DNA of 64,000 nucleotides from Candidatus Dormiibacterota bacterium (lineage in GTDB: Bacteria > Chloroflexota > Dormibacteria > CF-121): assembly GCA_036782775.1 (NCBI GenBank), contig DAIPYJ010000007.1:1082-65081 (forward strand), written 5' to 3'. Shown piece by piece: positions 54,908 through 64,000 of this stretch (its first letter is position 1; each line of letters starts with the position of its first letter). The position numbers and the translations under genes are program-made. Under the pieces are notes generated by a model that was not told the DNA's origin, made no database searches, and worked only from the letters and a program-made list of their open reading frames with translations.

Positions 54908-56730
54908 TCCAGAAGAAGCTGGAGGTCGTCTACCAGCCCTTTGATAAATCGACGCGAGTCCCACCCGGGACGACGCTGTTCTCGGCGGCGCATTGGATCG
55001 GGCTGCCGATCGATTCGACCTGCGGCGGCCGCGGCACCTGCGGCAAGTGCAAGGTGCAGATCGTCGACGGAACGGCCGAGATCACAGCCGCCGATCGCAA
55101 ACAGCTGCGACAGAGCGAGCTGGACGGAAGCTGGCGGCTCTCCTGCCAGGCGAAGGTTTACCAGGACACGACGGTCAAGGTTCCCGAGCTGCTGCGGGTG
55201 CCCAAAGCCGCGACCATGGGCGTCAACCGGCTCGTTCTGCTCGACCCGAATGTCCGCAAGGTGTATCTCGAGCTGAGCGAGCCGACGCTCGAGGACCAGC
55301 GCAGCGACGTCGAGCGGCTGCAGGACGCATTGACGGCAGAAGGCTTCGACATGAAGGCGGACCTTGATGTGCTCCGCACGCTGCCCGCTCTGTTGCGCGC
55401 CGCAGACTTTCGGGTCACGGCCGTTCTTGGCGGCGATCAGCTGATCGCGGTCGAAGCGGGCGATACCCGCGACGAGAGCTACGGCGTCGCCTTTGACCTG
55501 GGCACCACGACCGTCGTTGGGACGCTGATGAACCTCCGAACCGGGATGGCCGAGGCCGTGGCCTCGACCTTGAATGGGCAGGCGGCCTTCGGGGCGGACG
55601 TGATCTCGCGGATCAGCCACGGGATGCAGGGCGAGGAGGCACGGGTCGAACTACGGGCGGCCGTCCTGCGCACGATCAATGACCTGCTGGCCGATCTCTA
55701 CGAGCGTGCCGGCGTCGATCGCGAGCGCGTCTACGAGACGGTCGTGGTCGGGAACGCGACGATGCTGCACCTCCTGCTCGGCATCGACGCCACGCCCATC
55801 TCGATGATGCCGTTCGCGCCGACCTTTCGCGAGCCGCTTTATCTGCCCGCTCGCGAAGTCGGACTCGACATCCACGCCAATGGTTATGTGCAGACGTTGC
55901 CCATCATCGGTGCCTACGTGGGCGCCGACATCGTCGCCGGCGTGGTCGCGACTGGACTCGCGCGCGAGGACAAACTGCGGGTCTTCGTCGATGTCGGAAC
56001 GAATGGCGAGATCGTCCTCGGCTCGAACAAGCGCGTCCTCTGCACCGCGGCCCCCGCCGGACCCGCCTTCGAGGGCAGCCAGATCAAATGTGGCATGCGA
56101 GCCACCGACGGCGCGATCGAGGGCGTTACCCTGACCGATCGTGTCGAGCTGCAGGTGATCGGCGGCGATGTCACGCCCCGAGGCATCTGTGGGTCCGGCT
56201 TGGTCGATGCCGTCGCCCAACTCCTGGTTGCTGGTCTGCTCGATGCCAGCGGCAAGCTCAAGAGCAGGGAAGAGGTGCCCGAGCATCCCCTGTCGGACCG
56301 ACTCATCAGCGTCGAGGGCGTTCGCGCGTTTCTCCTTGCCGAGAACGTCTACCTCAGCCAGCGCGACGTCCGCGAGCTGCAGTTCGCGAAAGGATCGATC
56401 GCAACCGGCATCAAAGTATTGATGGACGTCCTGGGCGTCGCCGCCGCCGACCTCGACGAGGTTCTGCTCGGTGGGTCGTTCGGCTCGTACCTCAACCCGG
56501 AGAGCGCCAAGATCATCGGCCTCGTGCCGCCGGTCCATGTCGACAAGATCCTGTCCGTCGGGAATACGGCCGGCGAGGGAGCCAAGATGTCGTTGCTTTC
56601 ATTCCGCGAGCGACAGGTTGCCTTTGAGCTGCCGCAGAAGATCGAGTACGTCGAGCTCTCCGGCCGCTCCGATTTCAACGACTCCTTCGTCTCGGTCCTT
56701 CGCTTTCCAGATCTGGAGGATGTCGCATGA
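54904..56730 (+). CDS. RamA/RACo-type ATP-dependent reductive activase of corrinoid proteins (2Fe-2S ferredoxin plus ASKHA domain)
   Basis: N-terminal plant-type ferredoxin motif CGGRGTCGKCKV...C. A long DUF4445/ASKHA ATPase domain follows (FDLGTTTVVG..., VDVGTNGEIVLG). Confidence 0.75.
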   Translation: MIQKKLEVVYQPFDKSTRVPPGTTLFSAAHWIGLPIDSTCGGRGTCGKCKVQIVDGTAEITAADRKQLRQSELDGSWRLSCQAKVYQDTTVKVPELLRVPKAATMGVNRLVLLDPNVRKVYLELSEPTLEDQRSDVERLQDALTAEGFDMKADLDVLRTLPALLRAADFRVTAVLGGDQLIAVEAGDTRDESYGVAFDLGTTTVVGTLMNLRTGMAEAVASTLNGQAAFGADVISRISHGMQGEEARVELRAAVLRTINDLLADLYERAGVDRERVYETVVVGNATMLHLLLGIDATPISMMPFAPTFREPLYLPAREVGLDIHANGYVQTLPIIGAYVGADIVAGVVATGLAREDKLRVFVDVGTNGEIVLGSNKRVLCTAAPAGPAFEGSQIKCGMRATDGAIEGVTLTDRVELQVIGGDVTPRGICGSGLVDAVAQLLVAGLLDASGKLKSREEVPEHPLSDRLISVEGVRAFLLAENVYLSQRDVRELQFAKGSIATGIKVLMDVLGVAAADLDEVLLGGSFGSYLNPESAKIIGLVPPVHVDKILSVGNTAGEGAKMSLLSFRERQVAFELPQKIEYVELSGRSDFNDSFVSVLRFPDLEDVA

Positions 56731-57320
56731 AAAAAGACGTCGCCCTCCTGATTTGCGGCGCGCTGGGCAAGGAGGTGAAGACGATCGTCGACCAGCACGG
56801 CTGGGACGTCGATATCTATGGCGTACCGGCGATGCACCACTTCTATCCGAAGAAGATCGTCGAGGCTGTCGACCGGCGGCTGAGCGACTTGTCCAGGCGC
56901 TATGAGCGCGTGGTCGTCGTCTACGGCGACTGCGGCACGGCCGGTAGTCTCGAGCCGGTTCTCGACCGGCATCGAGCCGTCCGCTTACCGGGCCCCCACT
57001 GCTACGAGATGTTCGCCGGCGCGGCCGAATTCGAGCGGCTCTCGGAGGAACAGCCCGCGACTTTCTTTCTCACCGACTGGCTGGTCCGAAACTTCGAGCG
57101 CGCGATCGTACGCGGGCTCGGGCTCGATCGCTATCCAGAGCTCAAGTCCGCCTACTTCCAGAACTACACCGACTGCGTCTACCTGGCCCAGTTCCCCATG
57201 GATACCCTTCGGGAAAAGGCTGTCGAGATCGCGCAATATCTCGAGCTGCCGCTGGAAATCAGGAGCGTCGGCTTTGGCGAACTCGAAACGCGGCTGGCGG
57301 CCCTGGTGGAGGCGGCGTGA
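56727..57320 (+). CDS. DUF1638-family protein (commonly linked to corrinoid methyltransferase clusters)
   Basis: 197 aa. Family assignment is from overall resemblance. It is coupled at both ends. Confidence 0.45.
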   Translation: MKKDVALLICGALGKEVKTIVDQHGWDVDIYGVPAMHHFYPKKIVEAVDRRLSDLSRRYERVVVVYGDCGTAGSLEPVLDRHRAVRLPGPHCYEMFAGAAEFERLSEEQPATFFLTDWLVRNFERAIVRGLGLDRYPELKSAYFQNYTDCVYLAQFPMDTLREKAVEIAQYLELPLEIRSVGFGELETRLAALVEAA

Positions 57321-57613
57321 TGGCGACCTATCAGGTCATGTTCTGGAAGCACATCCCCGCGCAGATCAAAGCCTGGGACGAGCAGGGAGAGGTCAAGCGC
57401 ATGCTGCCTGATCGATTTCAGGCCGCCATCGATGCCTACGCCATGAAGGATGGCTCGACGGATATGGACAGCTACCTCGAGGCGTGGCGATGGAGCGAGC
57501 CGCAGCAGCGAGCTGGATCGGCAGAGGAGGTGGCCGGCGTGCTGGTCAACGAGCTCGATCGCGACAACCCACGGTCGAAGCTGATGAATCCATCGGCGGA
57601 GGAGGGACGATGA
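57317..57613 (+). CDS. small hypothetical protein (98 aa) coupled between the DUF1638 gene and fhs
   Basis: ORF with overlapping stop/start at both ends and no recognised domain. Confidence 0.35.
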   Translation: MMATYQVMFWKHIPAQIKAWDEQGEVKRMLPDRFQAAIDAYAMKDGSTDMDSYLEAWRWSEPQQRAGSAEEVAGVLVNELDRDNPRSKLMNPSAEEGR

Positions 57614-59286
57614 GCCAGGCAGCGCAAAAGTTCGACCTCGTGCGACCCCAGCGCCTGAGGCCGGTGATGGAGGTCGGCAAGGAATTCGGCTTGCTCGAGT
57701 CTGAGCTCATTTCCTACGGCCCCTACAAGGCGAAGATCAGCCTCGACGTCCTGAAGCGGCTGGAAAACCGACCCGATGGGCGACTCGTCGTCGTCACGGC
57801 GATCACACCGACGCGTGCTGGCGAAGGCAAGACGACGAGCGCCATCGGCCTGACCGAGGGCCTTGGCCGGATCGGGGCCAATGTCGCGCTCTGCCTGAGG
57901 CAGCCGTCGACCGGACCGCTGTTCGGGATCAAGGGCGGTGGTACCGGCGGCGGGATGGCCCAGATCGTGCCGATGGAAGAGATCAACCTGCACTTCACCG
58001 GCGACATTCACGCCGTCGAGGCGGCGCACAACCTCTTGGCCGCCGTTATCGATTCGGCAATTTTCCATGGGCAGCTCGAGATCGGACCGAGCTTTATCAC
58101 GTGGCCGCGCACGCTTGATGTCAACGATCGCGCGCTGCGCCATATCGTCACCGGCCTCGGCGGCGATGAGCATGGCGTGCCCCGCGAATCGAGCTTCATC
58201 ATCGCGGCCGCCTCGGAGATCATGGCGATCCTCGCGCTGGCCAGCGATCTGGAAGACTTGCGCCGGCGCGTCGGCCGGATCATCGTTGGCCAACGGAAGG
58301 ACGGAAGCTTCGTGACAGCGGAGGACCTGCGGGTTGCCGGAGCGATGACGGTGCTGCTGAGAGATGCGCTGCTGCCGAACATCGTGCAGACGATGGAGGG
58401 TCAGCCCACCCTGGTTCACGCCGGTCCATTCGGCAACATCGCCCACGGCAACAACTCGCTGCTGGCCGACCAGATCGCCCTCAAGCTGGCCGACATTGTC
58501 GTCACCGAGGCCGGGTTCGGCGCGGATCTCGGACTGGAGAAGTTCGCGCACATTGTTGCCCGTTATGGCCACCTCAAGCCAGCCGCAGCGTTAGTGGTCG
58601 CGACCGTTCGGGCGCTGAAATCCCACGGCGGAGTGCCGCTCGCGAAACTTGGCAGCGAAGACGTCGACGCCCTGCGGCGCGGCGCCGAAAACCTTGCTGC
58701 GCACATCGACATCGTGAAGGCCTTCGGAATGCGTAGCGTCGTCGCCATCAATCGCTTTCCCAGTGATACGGATCGCGAGCTGGATGAGCTGGTCCAACTC
58801 GCACTGCAGTTCGGCGCCGACGCAGCCGTCGTCAACGATGGTTTTGGCCGAGGTGGCGATGGTGCGGTCGAGTTGGCGCATGCGGTCGAGCAGGTCACCA
58901 GCAAGGGCAGCAACTTCGCGCCGCTCTATCCGGAAGGCACGCCGATCCGCGAGCAGATCCTTACCCTGGCCCAGCGGGTCTATGGCGCGGCGGACGTCGA
59001 GTTCCTGCCCGAATGTCAGAAGCGCATCGACTGGCTAACGCAGCAGGGGATGGGCGCGCTGCCGGTCTGCATGTCGAAGACGCACCTCTCGCTTTCCCAC
59101 GATCCCTCCTTGAAGGGGCGGCCGCGTGGCTTCACGATGCCGATCCGGAATGTCTACCCTTCAGCTGGCGCGGGCTTCATCGTGGCGCTCGCGGGCGACA
59201 TCCAGCTGATGCCTGGACTGGGCAAGGAACCTGCCTATACGCGAATCGACATCGACGCCGATGGCACGATACGCGGGCTGACCTAA
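57610..59286 (+). CDS. fhs: formate--tetrahydrofolate ligase
   Basis: ITPTRAGEGKTTSAIGL P-loop with FTHFS family-wide conservation. The ATG at 57610 overlaps the upstream stop (ATGA); the longer track ORF is rejected. Confidence 0.85.
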   Translation: MSQAAQKFDLVRPQRLRPVMEVGKEFGLLESELISYGPYKAKISLDVLKRLENRPDGRLVVVTAITPTRAGEGKTTSAIGLTEGLGRIGANVALCLRQPSTGPLFGIKGGGTGGGMAQIVPMEEINLHFTGDIHAVEAAHNLLAAVIDSAIFHGQLEIGPSFITWPRTLDVNDRALRHIVTGLGGDEHGVPRESSFIIAAASEIMAILALASDLEDLRRRVGRIIVGQRKDGSFVTAEDLRVAGAMTVLLRDALLPNIVQTMEGQPTLVHAGPFGNIAHGNNSLLADQIALKLADIVVTEAGFGADLGLEKFAHIVARYGHLKPAAALVVATVRALKSHGGVPLAKLGSEDVDALRRGAENLAAHIDIVKAFGMRSVVAINRFPSDTDRELDELVQLALQFGADAAVVNDGFGRGGDGAVELAHAVEQVTSKGSNFAPLYPEGTPIREQILTLAQRVYGAADVEFLPECQKRIDWLTQQGMGALPVCMSKTHLSLSHDPSLKGRPRGFTMPIRNVYPSAGAGFIVALAGDIQLMPGLGKEPAYTRIDIDADGTIRGLT

Positions 59287-59293
59287 CTGGCCG

Positions 59294-59752
59294 GTGCCGC
59301 AGCAAAGCGCCGGCCTGATCCTGCATCGCGTTCGAGACGGACGGCAGGAGGTGTTGCTCGTGCACCCGGGCGGGCCGTTCTGGCAGAAGCGGGACGACGG
59401 CGCGTGGTCGATTCCAAAAGGTGAGCTCGGCGAAAATGAGGGCGGCATCGATGTGGCAAAACGAGAATTCGAGGAAGAGCTCGGGGTCAAGCCGCCGGAG
59501 GGCGAATTTACGACCCTGGGTTCGGTGCGGCAGGCGGGCGGAAAAGTGGTAAATGCGTGGGCACTCCAGGGAGATCTCGACGTGACGCGAATTCATAGCA
59601 ACGTCTTTGAGATCGAATGGCCGCCTCGGTCGCGGAGAATGCGACAGTTTCCGGAAGTGGACCGCGCCGGATGGTTCGCGCTCGACGCGGCACGCCGCAA
59701 GCTCGTTGCTGCGCAGGCCGAGTTCATCGATCGCCTCGAGGCCTTGGCGTGA
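59294..59752 (+). CDS. NUDIX hydrolase
   Basis: Nudix box GELGENEGGIDVAKREFEEELGV. Confidence 0.8.
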   Translation: MPQQSAGLILHRVRDGRQEVLLVHPGGPFWQKRDDGAWSIPKGELGENEGGIDVAKREFEEELGVKPPEGEFTTLGSVRQAGGKVVNAWALQGDLDVTRIHSNVFEIEWPPRSRRMRQFPEVDRAGWFALDAARRKLVAAQAEFIDRLEALA

Positions 59753-61482
59753 CGTTCGCGGAGCTCAGCACCTACCTCGATCGGCTCGAGGCGACGTCGA
59801 AGCGCAATGAGCTCGTGAAAATCTTGTCCGAGCTGTACACAAAGAGCTCGGCCGAGGAAATCCAGCCGCTGAGCTATCTGATCCAGGGCCGTCTCGTTCC
59901 CTTCTTCGAGCCGCTCGAAATCGGCCTCGGCGAGAAGCTGGTCGAGGCGGCGATCGCCGAGGCATACGGCCGGCCGAGGGAAGAAGTGGCCAAGCAGTTC
60001 GGTCGCATCGGCGACCTCGGCTTGGTGGCCGCCGAGCTTGCCGGGTCCGGATCGGGATCCGAGGTGTCGCTGCTGGAGGTCCATGCGCGGCTCACTGAGA
60101 TCGCCGAAGCGGCTGGGGCGGGATCGGTCGAGAAGAAGCGTGGCGGCTTCGCTGCGCTGCTCAAACACGTCGACGCCGTGTCTGCCAAGCACCTGGTCCG
60201 AATGGCGCTCGGCAAGTTGCGGCTCGGGATCGGCGAGCCGACCGTGCTCGATGCGCTCTCCTTCGCGAAGAAAGGCGATCGGAGCTTGAGGCCCATCCTC
60301 GAATCGGCCTACAACCGCACCTCCGACCTTGGCATGATCGCGCGCACTTTCTGGGAAAGCGGCGAGGAGGCAGTCACCGCGCTCAAGGTGACCGTCGGCC
60401 GCCCGATTCGGAGCCAGCTTGCCGAACGGCTGCCCAATCCCGAAGCCGTGATCAAGCGGCTGGGGCTGGTCGCCGTGCAGCCGAAGTACGACGGCATCCG
60501 GGTCCAGATCCACAAGCAGGGCGACGAGGTCCGCATCTTCTCCCGAAACCTCGAGGACTTCACCTTGATGTTTGCGGAGCTGACGGCCGCCGCCCGCACC
60601 TTGAAGGAGGAGACGCTCATCCTGGACGGAGAAGCGATCGCCTACAGCAAAGAAGCCGAAGAATACATGCCGTTCCAGCAGACCGCCAGCCGCCGTCGCG
60701 TGCATGGCATCGAAGAGGCGACAAAAGAATTGCCGCTGGTCGCCTTTATCTTCGACATTCTCTATCGCGATGGAAAGGATCTCACCGAGCTGCCCTACGA
60801 GCGGCGCCTCGCCCTTGTCGACGAAGTCATCAAGGGATCGACCGTTTTCCTACCGGCACCGATCATCAAGACCGATTCGGTCGAGGTCCTGACCAAAACG
60901 CTGCTCGACAATATCAGCCAGGGCCTCGAGGGTGTGGTCGTCAAGCGGCCGGATTCGCCCTACCAGGCCGGCGCTCGCAACTTCAACTGGGTCAAGCTGA
61001 AGCGTCACACCAGTGGCGAGCTCAACGATACCGTCGACCTCGTCCTGCTGGGCTACTACTTCGGGAAAGGCAAACGAGCGGCCTTCGGCGCCGGCGCGCT
61101 ACTGGCCGGTGTCTACGACGCGGAGAAAGATCGGTTCGAGACCATCACCAAGCTCGGCACCGGTTTATCGGATGCCGAGTGGCGAGAAGTCCATCAGCGG
61201 GCCGACAAGTTGCAGGTCGATCACAAGCCGGCGCGAGTGGAAGCGATCCTTCAGCCTGATGTCTGGCTTCAGCCCGAGGTTGTGGTCGAAGTCCTCGCGG
61301 ATGAGATCACGCCGAGCCCGCGTCACACCGCAGGCATGGAAGGTGATCAGCCGGGCTTTGCCCTTCGCTTCCCCCGGATCGTGTCGTTTCGAAACGCCGA
61401 CAAGCGGCCCGAAGATGCGACCACCGTCAAAGAAATCGCCGAACTATTTCGCCAGCAGCGAGAGAAAAAAGTCCCCGCCTAA
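59749..61482 (+). CDS. lig: ATP-dependent DNA ligase
   Basis: GTG start overlapping the NUDIX stop (GTGA). Motif I KYDGIR, plus an OB-fold C-terminus. Confidence 0.8.
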   Translation: MTFAELSTYLDRLEATSKRNELVKILSELYTKSSAEEIQPLSYLIQGRLVPFFEPLEIGLGEKLVEAAIAEAYGRPREEVAKQFGRIGDLGLVAAELAGSGSGSEVSLLEVHARLTEIAEAAGAGSVEKKRGGFAALLKHVDAVSAKHLVRMALGKLRLGIGEPTVLDALSFAKKGDRSLRPILESAYNRTSDLGMIARTFWESGEEAVTALKVTVGRPIRSQLAERLPNPEAVIKRLGLVAVQPKYDGIRVQIHKQGDEVRIFSRNLEDFTLMFAELTAAARTLKEETLILDGEAIAYSKEAEEYMPFQQTASRRRVHGIEEATKELPLVAFIFDILYRDGKDLTELPYERRLALVDEVIKGSTVFLPAPIIKTDSVEVLTKTLLDNISQGLEGVVVKRPDSPYQAGARNFNWVKLKRHTSGELNDTVDLVLLGYYFGKGKRAAFGAGALLAGVYDAEKDRFETITKLGTGLSDAEWREVHQRADKLQVDHKPARVEAILQPDVWLQPEVVVEVLADEITPSPRHTAGMEGDQPGFALRFPRIVSFRNADKRPEDATTVKEIAELFRQQREKKVPA

Positions 61483-61516
61483 TACAGCCGCTAGCGATGA
61501 AGCGCCTGTCCAGGCG

Positions 61517-61759
61517 CTAGCGTCGATGTGATGAGGAACGATCGCCGATTTTGAACCATCGCTTTCCTCCGCTAATTCCGAGAACGATCAACCCCAGAAT
61601 TGCGAATGCGGCCAAGAATATGCCTGCCAGTTGGGCGCCTACGCGGACAGCTCCATTAGGCGTAATTCCGAGCATGACGACCAGCAAGGTAGCGATTAAG
61701 GCGCCAAGCAGGAAACAACCACCAATGGCAGCGACCGTCCAGGCTAACCACTCTTTCAA
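61517..61759 (-). CDS. small membrane protein (hypothetical)
   Basis: Two TM helices in 80 aa. Confidence 0.3.
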   Translation of the reverse strand: MKEWLAWTVAAIGGCFLLGALIATLLVVMLGITPNGAVRVGAQLAGIFLAAFAILGLIVLGISGGKRWFKIGDRSSSHRR

Positions 61760-61765
61760 TGTCTC

Positions 61766-62905
61766 TCAGCCGATGATCCGCGCGGAGCCGAAGCCGGCGG
61801 AGAGCAGGTGATCCGCCTCGAAGCGGCGGGGGTCGAATTGGCGTAATCCTGGATCGATGTCTTTACCCAGGACGAGGGAGGCGGTGTGCCGACCAAGCGC
61901 GGGGCCGAGCTTGAACCCGTGACCGCTGGTGCCCGCGTCGACGATCACGCCAGGTGCGATCTCGCCGATCACCGGCTGCCAGTCGGGGCTGACGTCGTAG
62001 ACACTCGCCCAACCGCCTCGGGCATCGGCCTGTGCCAGGGAGGGAAAGCGTTTGGTGATGCCCGATGCCATCCGACCGATCTCTTCGGGTGTGACCGATG
62101 CGCTAAAGGCATCCGGATCCGCTTGCGGCTCGCTGGTGAGGGGGCCCGCGAGAAACAGATCGCTGCCTTCGGGTTTCATGTAGTACCCCTCTGGGATGTC
62201 GGCAAGCGCGCAGGGAAGCGGCTTCGCTCTGTTCCAGCCGAAGGTCGCCACCCAGTGCCGCTCCACCGTGAGCGGCAGATCGACATTCAGCTGGCGCGCC
62301 AGGCTGCGCGTCCACGGGCCGGCGGCGATCAGGAGTCGTTCGCATTCGGTGCGGTCGCCGTCGCTCGTGACGATGATGGCACCGCCCCCGCCCCTTCGTT
62401 CAATCGCCGCCACGTTGGTGTGAAGCCGCGAACGTAGGCCCAGTTCCACCGCCCGCTGAAACAGGCCCTGCGTGGTGGCAACCGGGTCGGCATACCCGGC
62501 GTTGACTTCGAGGGCGGCGATCGAGATGCCTTCGGGATCCATTTCGCGATATGCCCGGCCGAGCGCAGACGGCTCGAACAGTTGGACCTCGGTGCCAACC
62601 TCGGCCAGCATGGCGGCCGTCTCGTGAACATGGCCCAGTTCCTCGGGTCCCATCAGGTAGAGGTCGCCGGTCTGGCGGAAGCCGGCGTCGCGTCCACCCG
62701 AGACCTCGGCGAAATTCGCGAACATCTGCAGGCTGTCGTGCGCGACTTCGGCGATGAAGCGATTGGTGTAAAACGCTCGGCAGATGGCGCTCGACCGCCC
62801 GGTCGGGCCGCTCGCCGGCCCACCGCGTTCGAAGAGCGTGGCGCTGACGCCCATCCCGGCCAGGTGGTAGCCGGCACTCACGCCGTGGATGCCGCCACCG
62901 ATGAT
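61766..62905 (-). CDS. FAD-dependent oxidoreductase, DAO family (sarcosine oxidase/glycine oxidase-like)
   Basis: N-terminal VGIIGGGIHGVSAGYHLA dinucleotide fold and C-terminal GTSGHGFK. The only in-frame start with an RBS is CTG at 62903-62905 (AAGGAGG then 6 nt); an in-frame TAA lies just upstream. Confidence 0.55.
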   Translation of the reverse strand: MIGGGIHGVSAGYHLAGMGVSATLFERGGPASGPTGRSSAICRAFYTNRFIAEVAHDSLQMFANFAEVSGGRDAGFRQTGDLYLMGPEELGHVHETAAMLAEVGTEVQLFEPSALGRAYREMDPEGISIAALEVNAGYADPVATTQGLFQRAVELGLRSRLHTNVAAIERRGGGGAIIVTSDGDRTECERLLIAAGPWTRSLARQLNVDLPLTVERHWVATFGWNRAKPLPCALADIPEGYYMKPEGSDLFLAGPLTSEPQADPDAFSASVTPEEIGRMASGITKRFPSLAQADARGGWASVYDVSPDWQPVIGEIAPGVIVDAGTSGHGFKLGPALGRHTASLVLGKDIDPGLRQFDPRRFEADHLLSAGFGSARIIG

Positions 62906-62975
62906 GCCTACCTCCGCAGTTTGCAGCTGACGCCTCCTTTAACTACGGCCATTCGCTGGCCATATATATAAAGGT

Positions 62976-63725
62976 ATGGTCGAAGTCGACCCCGACTGGT
63001 GGCGGACATGGTTTGGCCCCAGCTACCTGGCGCTCTATGACGAGTACTTGCAAGAGCGCACGCCCGGCGAGGTGGACCAGCTCGAGGCGCTGCTGCATCT
63101 CGAGCCGCCGCTCCGGATCCTCGACCTGCCCTGCGGCCATGGGCGTCATGCGATCGAACTCGCCCGCCGTGGCTATGACGTCACGGGCATCGATCTTTCG
63201 CCATCGATGCTGGAGGTCGCCCGCAAGCGCGCGCTCACCGCGGGCGTCTCGGTGCGTTTCCTGGAAGGCGACATGCGTGAGCCCATCGGCGAACCGGCGT
63301 TCGACCTGGTCCTGAACCTGTTCACCAGCCTGGGTTATTTCTCCGATCCCGCGGACGACCGCAGGGTTGCGGAGAGCGCCGCGGCGGCGCTCAAGCCAAA
63401 GGGCCGTTTGCTGGTCGAGGTGATCAACGGCGAACGGGTCATGATGAATTTTCAGGAACGCGAGTGGTTTCCGGTCGGCGACGCGACCGTGCTCGAACGC
63501 CGAAGCCTCGACCGGGCAAGCCGGCGGATGACCGTCCAGCGGACCGTTCACCGTAAGGGGCACGACGAAGTCAACCACCACGTCGTTCGGTTGTATGGCG
63601 CCACCGAGTTGGTTTCCCTCCTCAAGGCCGCCAGCTTCATGCGAATCGAGCTCTATGGAGACTGGGACGGATCTACCGCGACACCCGAGAGTCTGCGCGT
63701 GCTCGCGGTCGCGAGTCGCGCTTAG
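62976..63725 (+). CDS. class I SAM-dependent methyltransferase
   Basis: Motif I ILDLPCGHGRH and motif post-I DVTGIDLS. Confidence 0.75.
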   Translation: MVEVDPDWWRTWFGPSYLALYDEYLQERTPGEVDQLEALLHLEPPLRILDLPCGHGRHAIELARRGYDVTGIDLSPSMLEVARKRALTAGVSVRFLEGDMREPIGEPAFDLVLNLFTSLGYFSDPADDRRVAESAAAALKPKGRLLVEVINGERVMMNFQEREWFPVGDATVLERRSLDRASRRMTVQRTVHRKGHDEVNHHVVRLYGATELVSLLKAASFMRIELYGDWDGSTATPESLRVLAVASRA

Positions 63726-64000
63726 TCTCCTTCGTCCTTTTCCTTGCAGGCGGCGGGCGGAGGCGTCTCCTGGATCACCGTGATCTGGATTGTCTCTGTG
63801 ATCGTGATCGTCACCGTCTGGCAGGTGATGGTCACCGTGCCGGCGGTCTGGCCGTTGCCGAGAGCCAGGATCTCGATCAGCTGCAGGTCTGACAGCTCGT
63901 TGTCTTCGTCCTGCTGGCTGACGTAGGTCAGATGCGCGAAGCGGTCCTCATCACTCTTAACGGCCGCAACCAGCGGTGCCACGCTCGAGTGCAGTTGCGT
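63722..64000 (-). CDS. hypothetical protein, C-terminal part (gene continues beyond window end)
   Basis: ORF open to the window edge. Its C-terminus is encoded by imperfect gtgatcgtgatc/gtcaccgtc repeats. Confidence 0.25.
   Translation of the reverse strand, partial: TQLHSSVAPLVAAVKSDEDRFAHLTYVSQQDEDNELSDLQLIEILALGNGQTAGTVTITCQTVTITITETIQITVIQETPPPAACKEKDEGD

Noticed and set aside
57484-59286. 600-aa ORF for formate-THF ligase, and 59617-61482 621-aa ORF for the DNA ligase
   Set aside because: Both N-terminal extensions overlap the upstream genes in other frames and are low-complexity. Starts at 57610 (ATGA overlap) and 59749 (GTGA overlap) give family-typical N-termini.

Overview
This is a 64 kb window of high-GC (about 68-70%) bacterial chromosome. 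The genes are densely packed, and many adjacent genes overlap by 4 nt (GTGA or ATGA) at their stop and start codons.

Three blocks stand out.

(1) 18.8-27.2 kb: a monoderm-type type IV pilus operon on the minus strand. Its gene order is pilT, a small excisionase-type HTH protein, pilB, pilC, two minor pilins, a PilX-like protein, pilM, a tiny TM ORF, then pilA. Facing it is a prepilin-peptidase gene that encodes only the N-terminal Zn-ribbon domain, then stops at a TAA. A membrane GGDEF ORF lies 30 nt after that TAA, in the same frame, and has no ribosome-binding site of its own. The surrounding ~17 kb (15.3-32.9 kb) carries three HD-GYP and three GGDEF c-di-GMP proteins.

(2) 34-40 kb: a minus-strand operon of permease, Fe-alcohol dehydrogenase (GbsB-like), a non-pyrrolysine MttB-family methyltransferase, and an aldehyde dehydrogenase (GbsA-like). 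I infer it runs choline to glycine betaine to dimethylglycine.

(3) 44.8-59.3 kb and 61.8-62.9 kb: a Crp/Fnr regulator with a candidate binding site in front of dimethylglycine dehydrogenase (DMGDH) and EtfBA. Further on come an IclR regulator, a B12-binding corrinoid protein, MetV, MetF, a methyl-THF:corrinoid methyltransferase, a RamA-type corrinoid activase, a DUF1638 protein and formate-THF ligase. Last comes a sarcosine-oxidase-like FAD enzyme. Together these would move all three N-methyl groups of glycine betaine into the THF one-carbon pool, apparently in an aerobic, ETF-linked setting.

Other contents include an orphan CpaF ATPase, a secreted PKD-repeat protein beside a sortase, a hybrid histidine kinase with a response regulator, Nth, PdxH, a phosphofructokinase, MtaB, RsmE, HIT, NUDIX and an ATP-dependent DNA ligase. 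There is also a family of CCCTCYCCCC/GGGGRGAGGG palindromic elements, PT-linker hexanucleotide repeats, and one apparently frameshifted membrane-protein gene. I see no rRNA, tRNA, CRISPR array or obvious mobile element. The taxon is uncertain (Actinobacteria or Chloroflexi-like).
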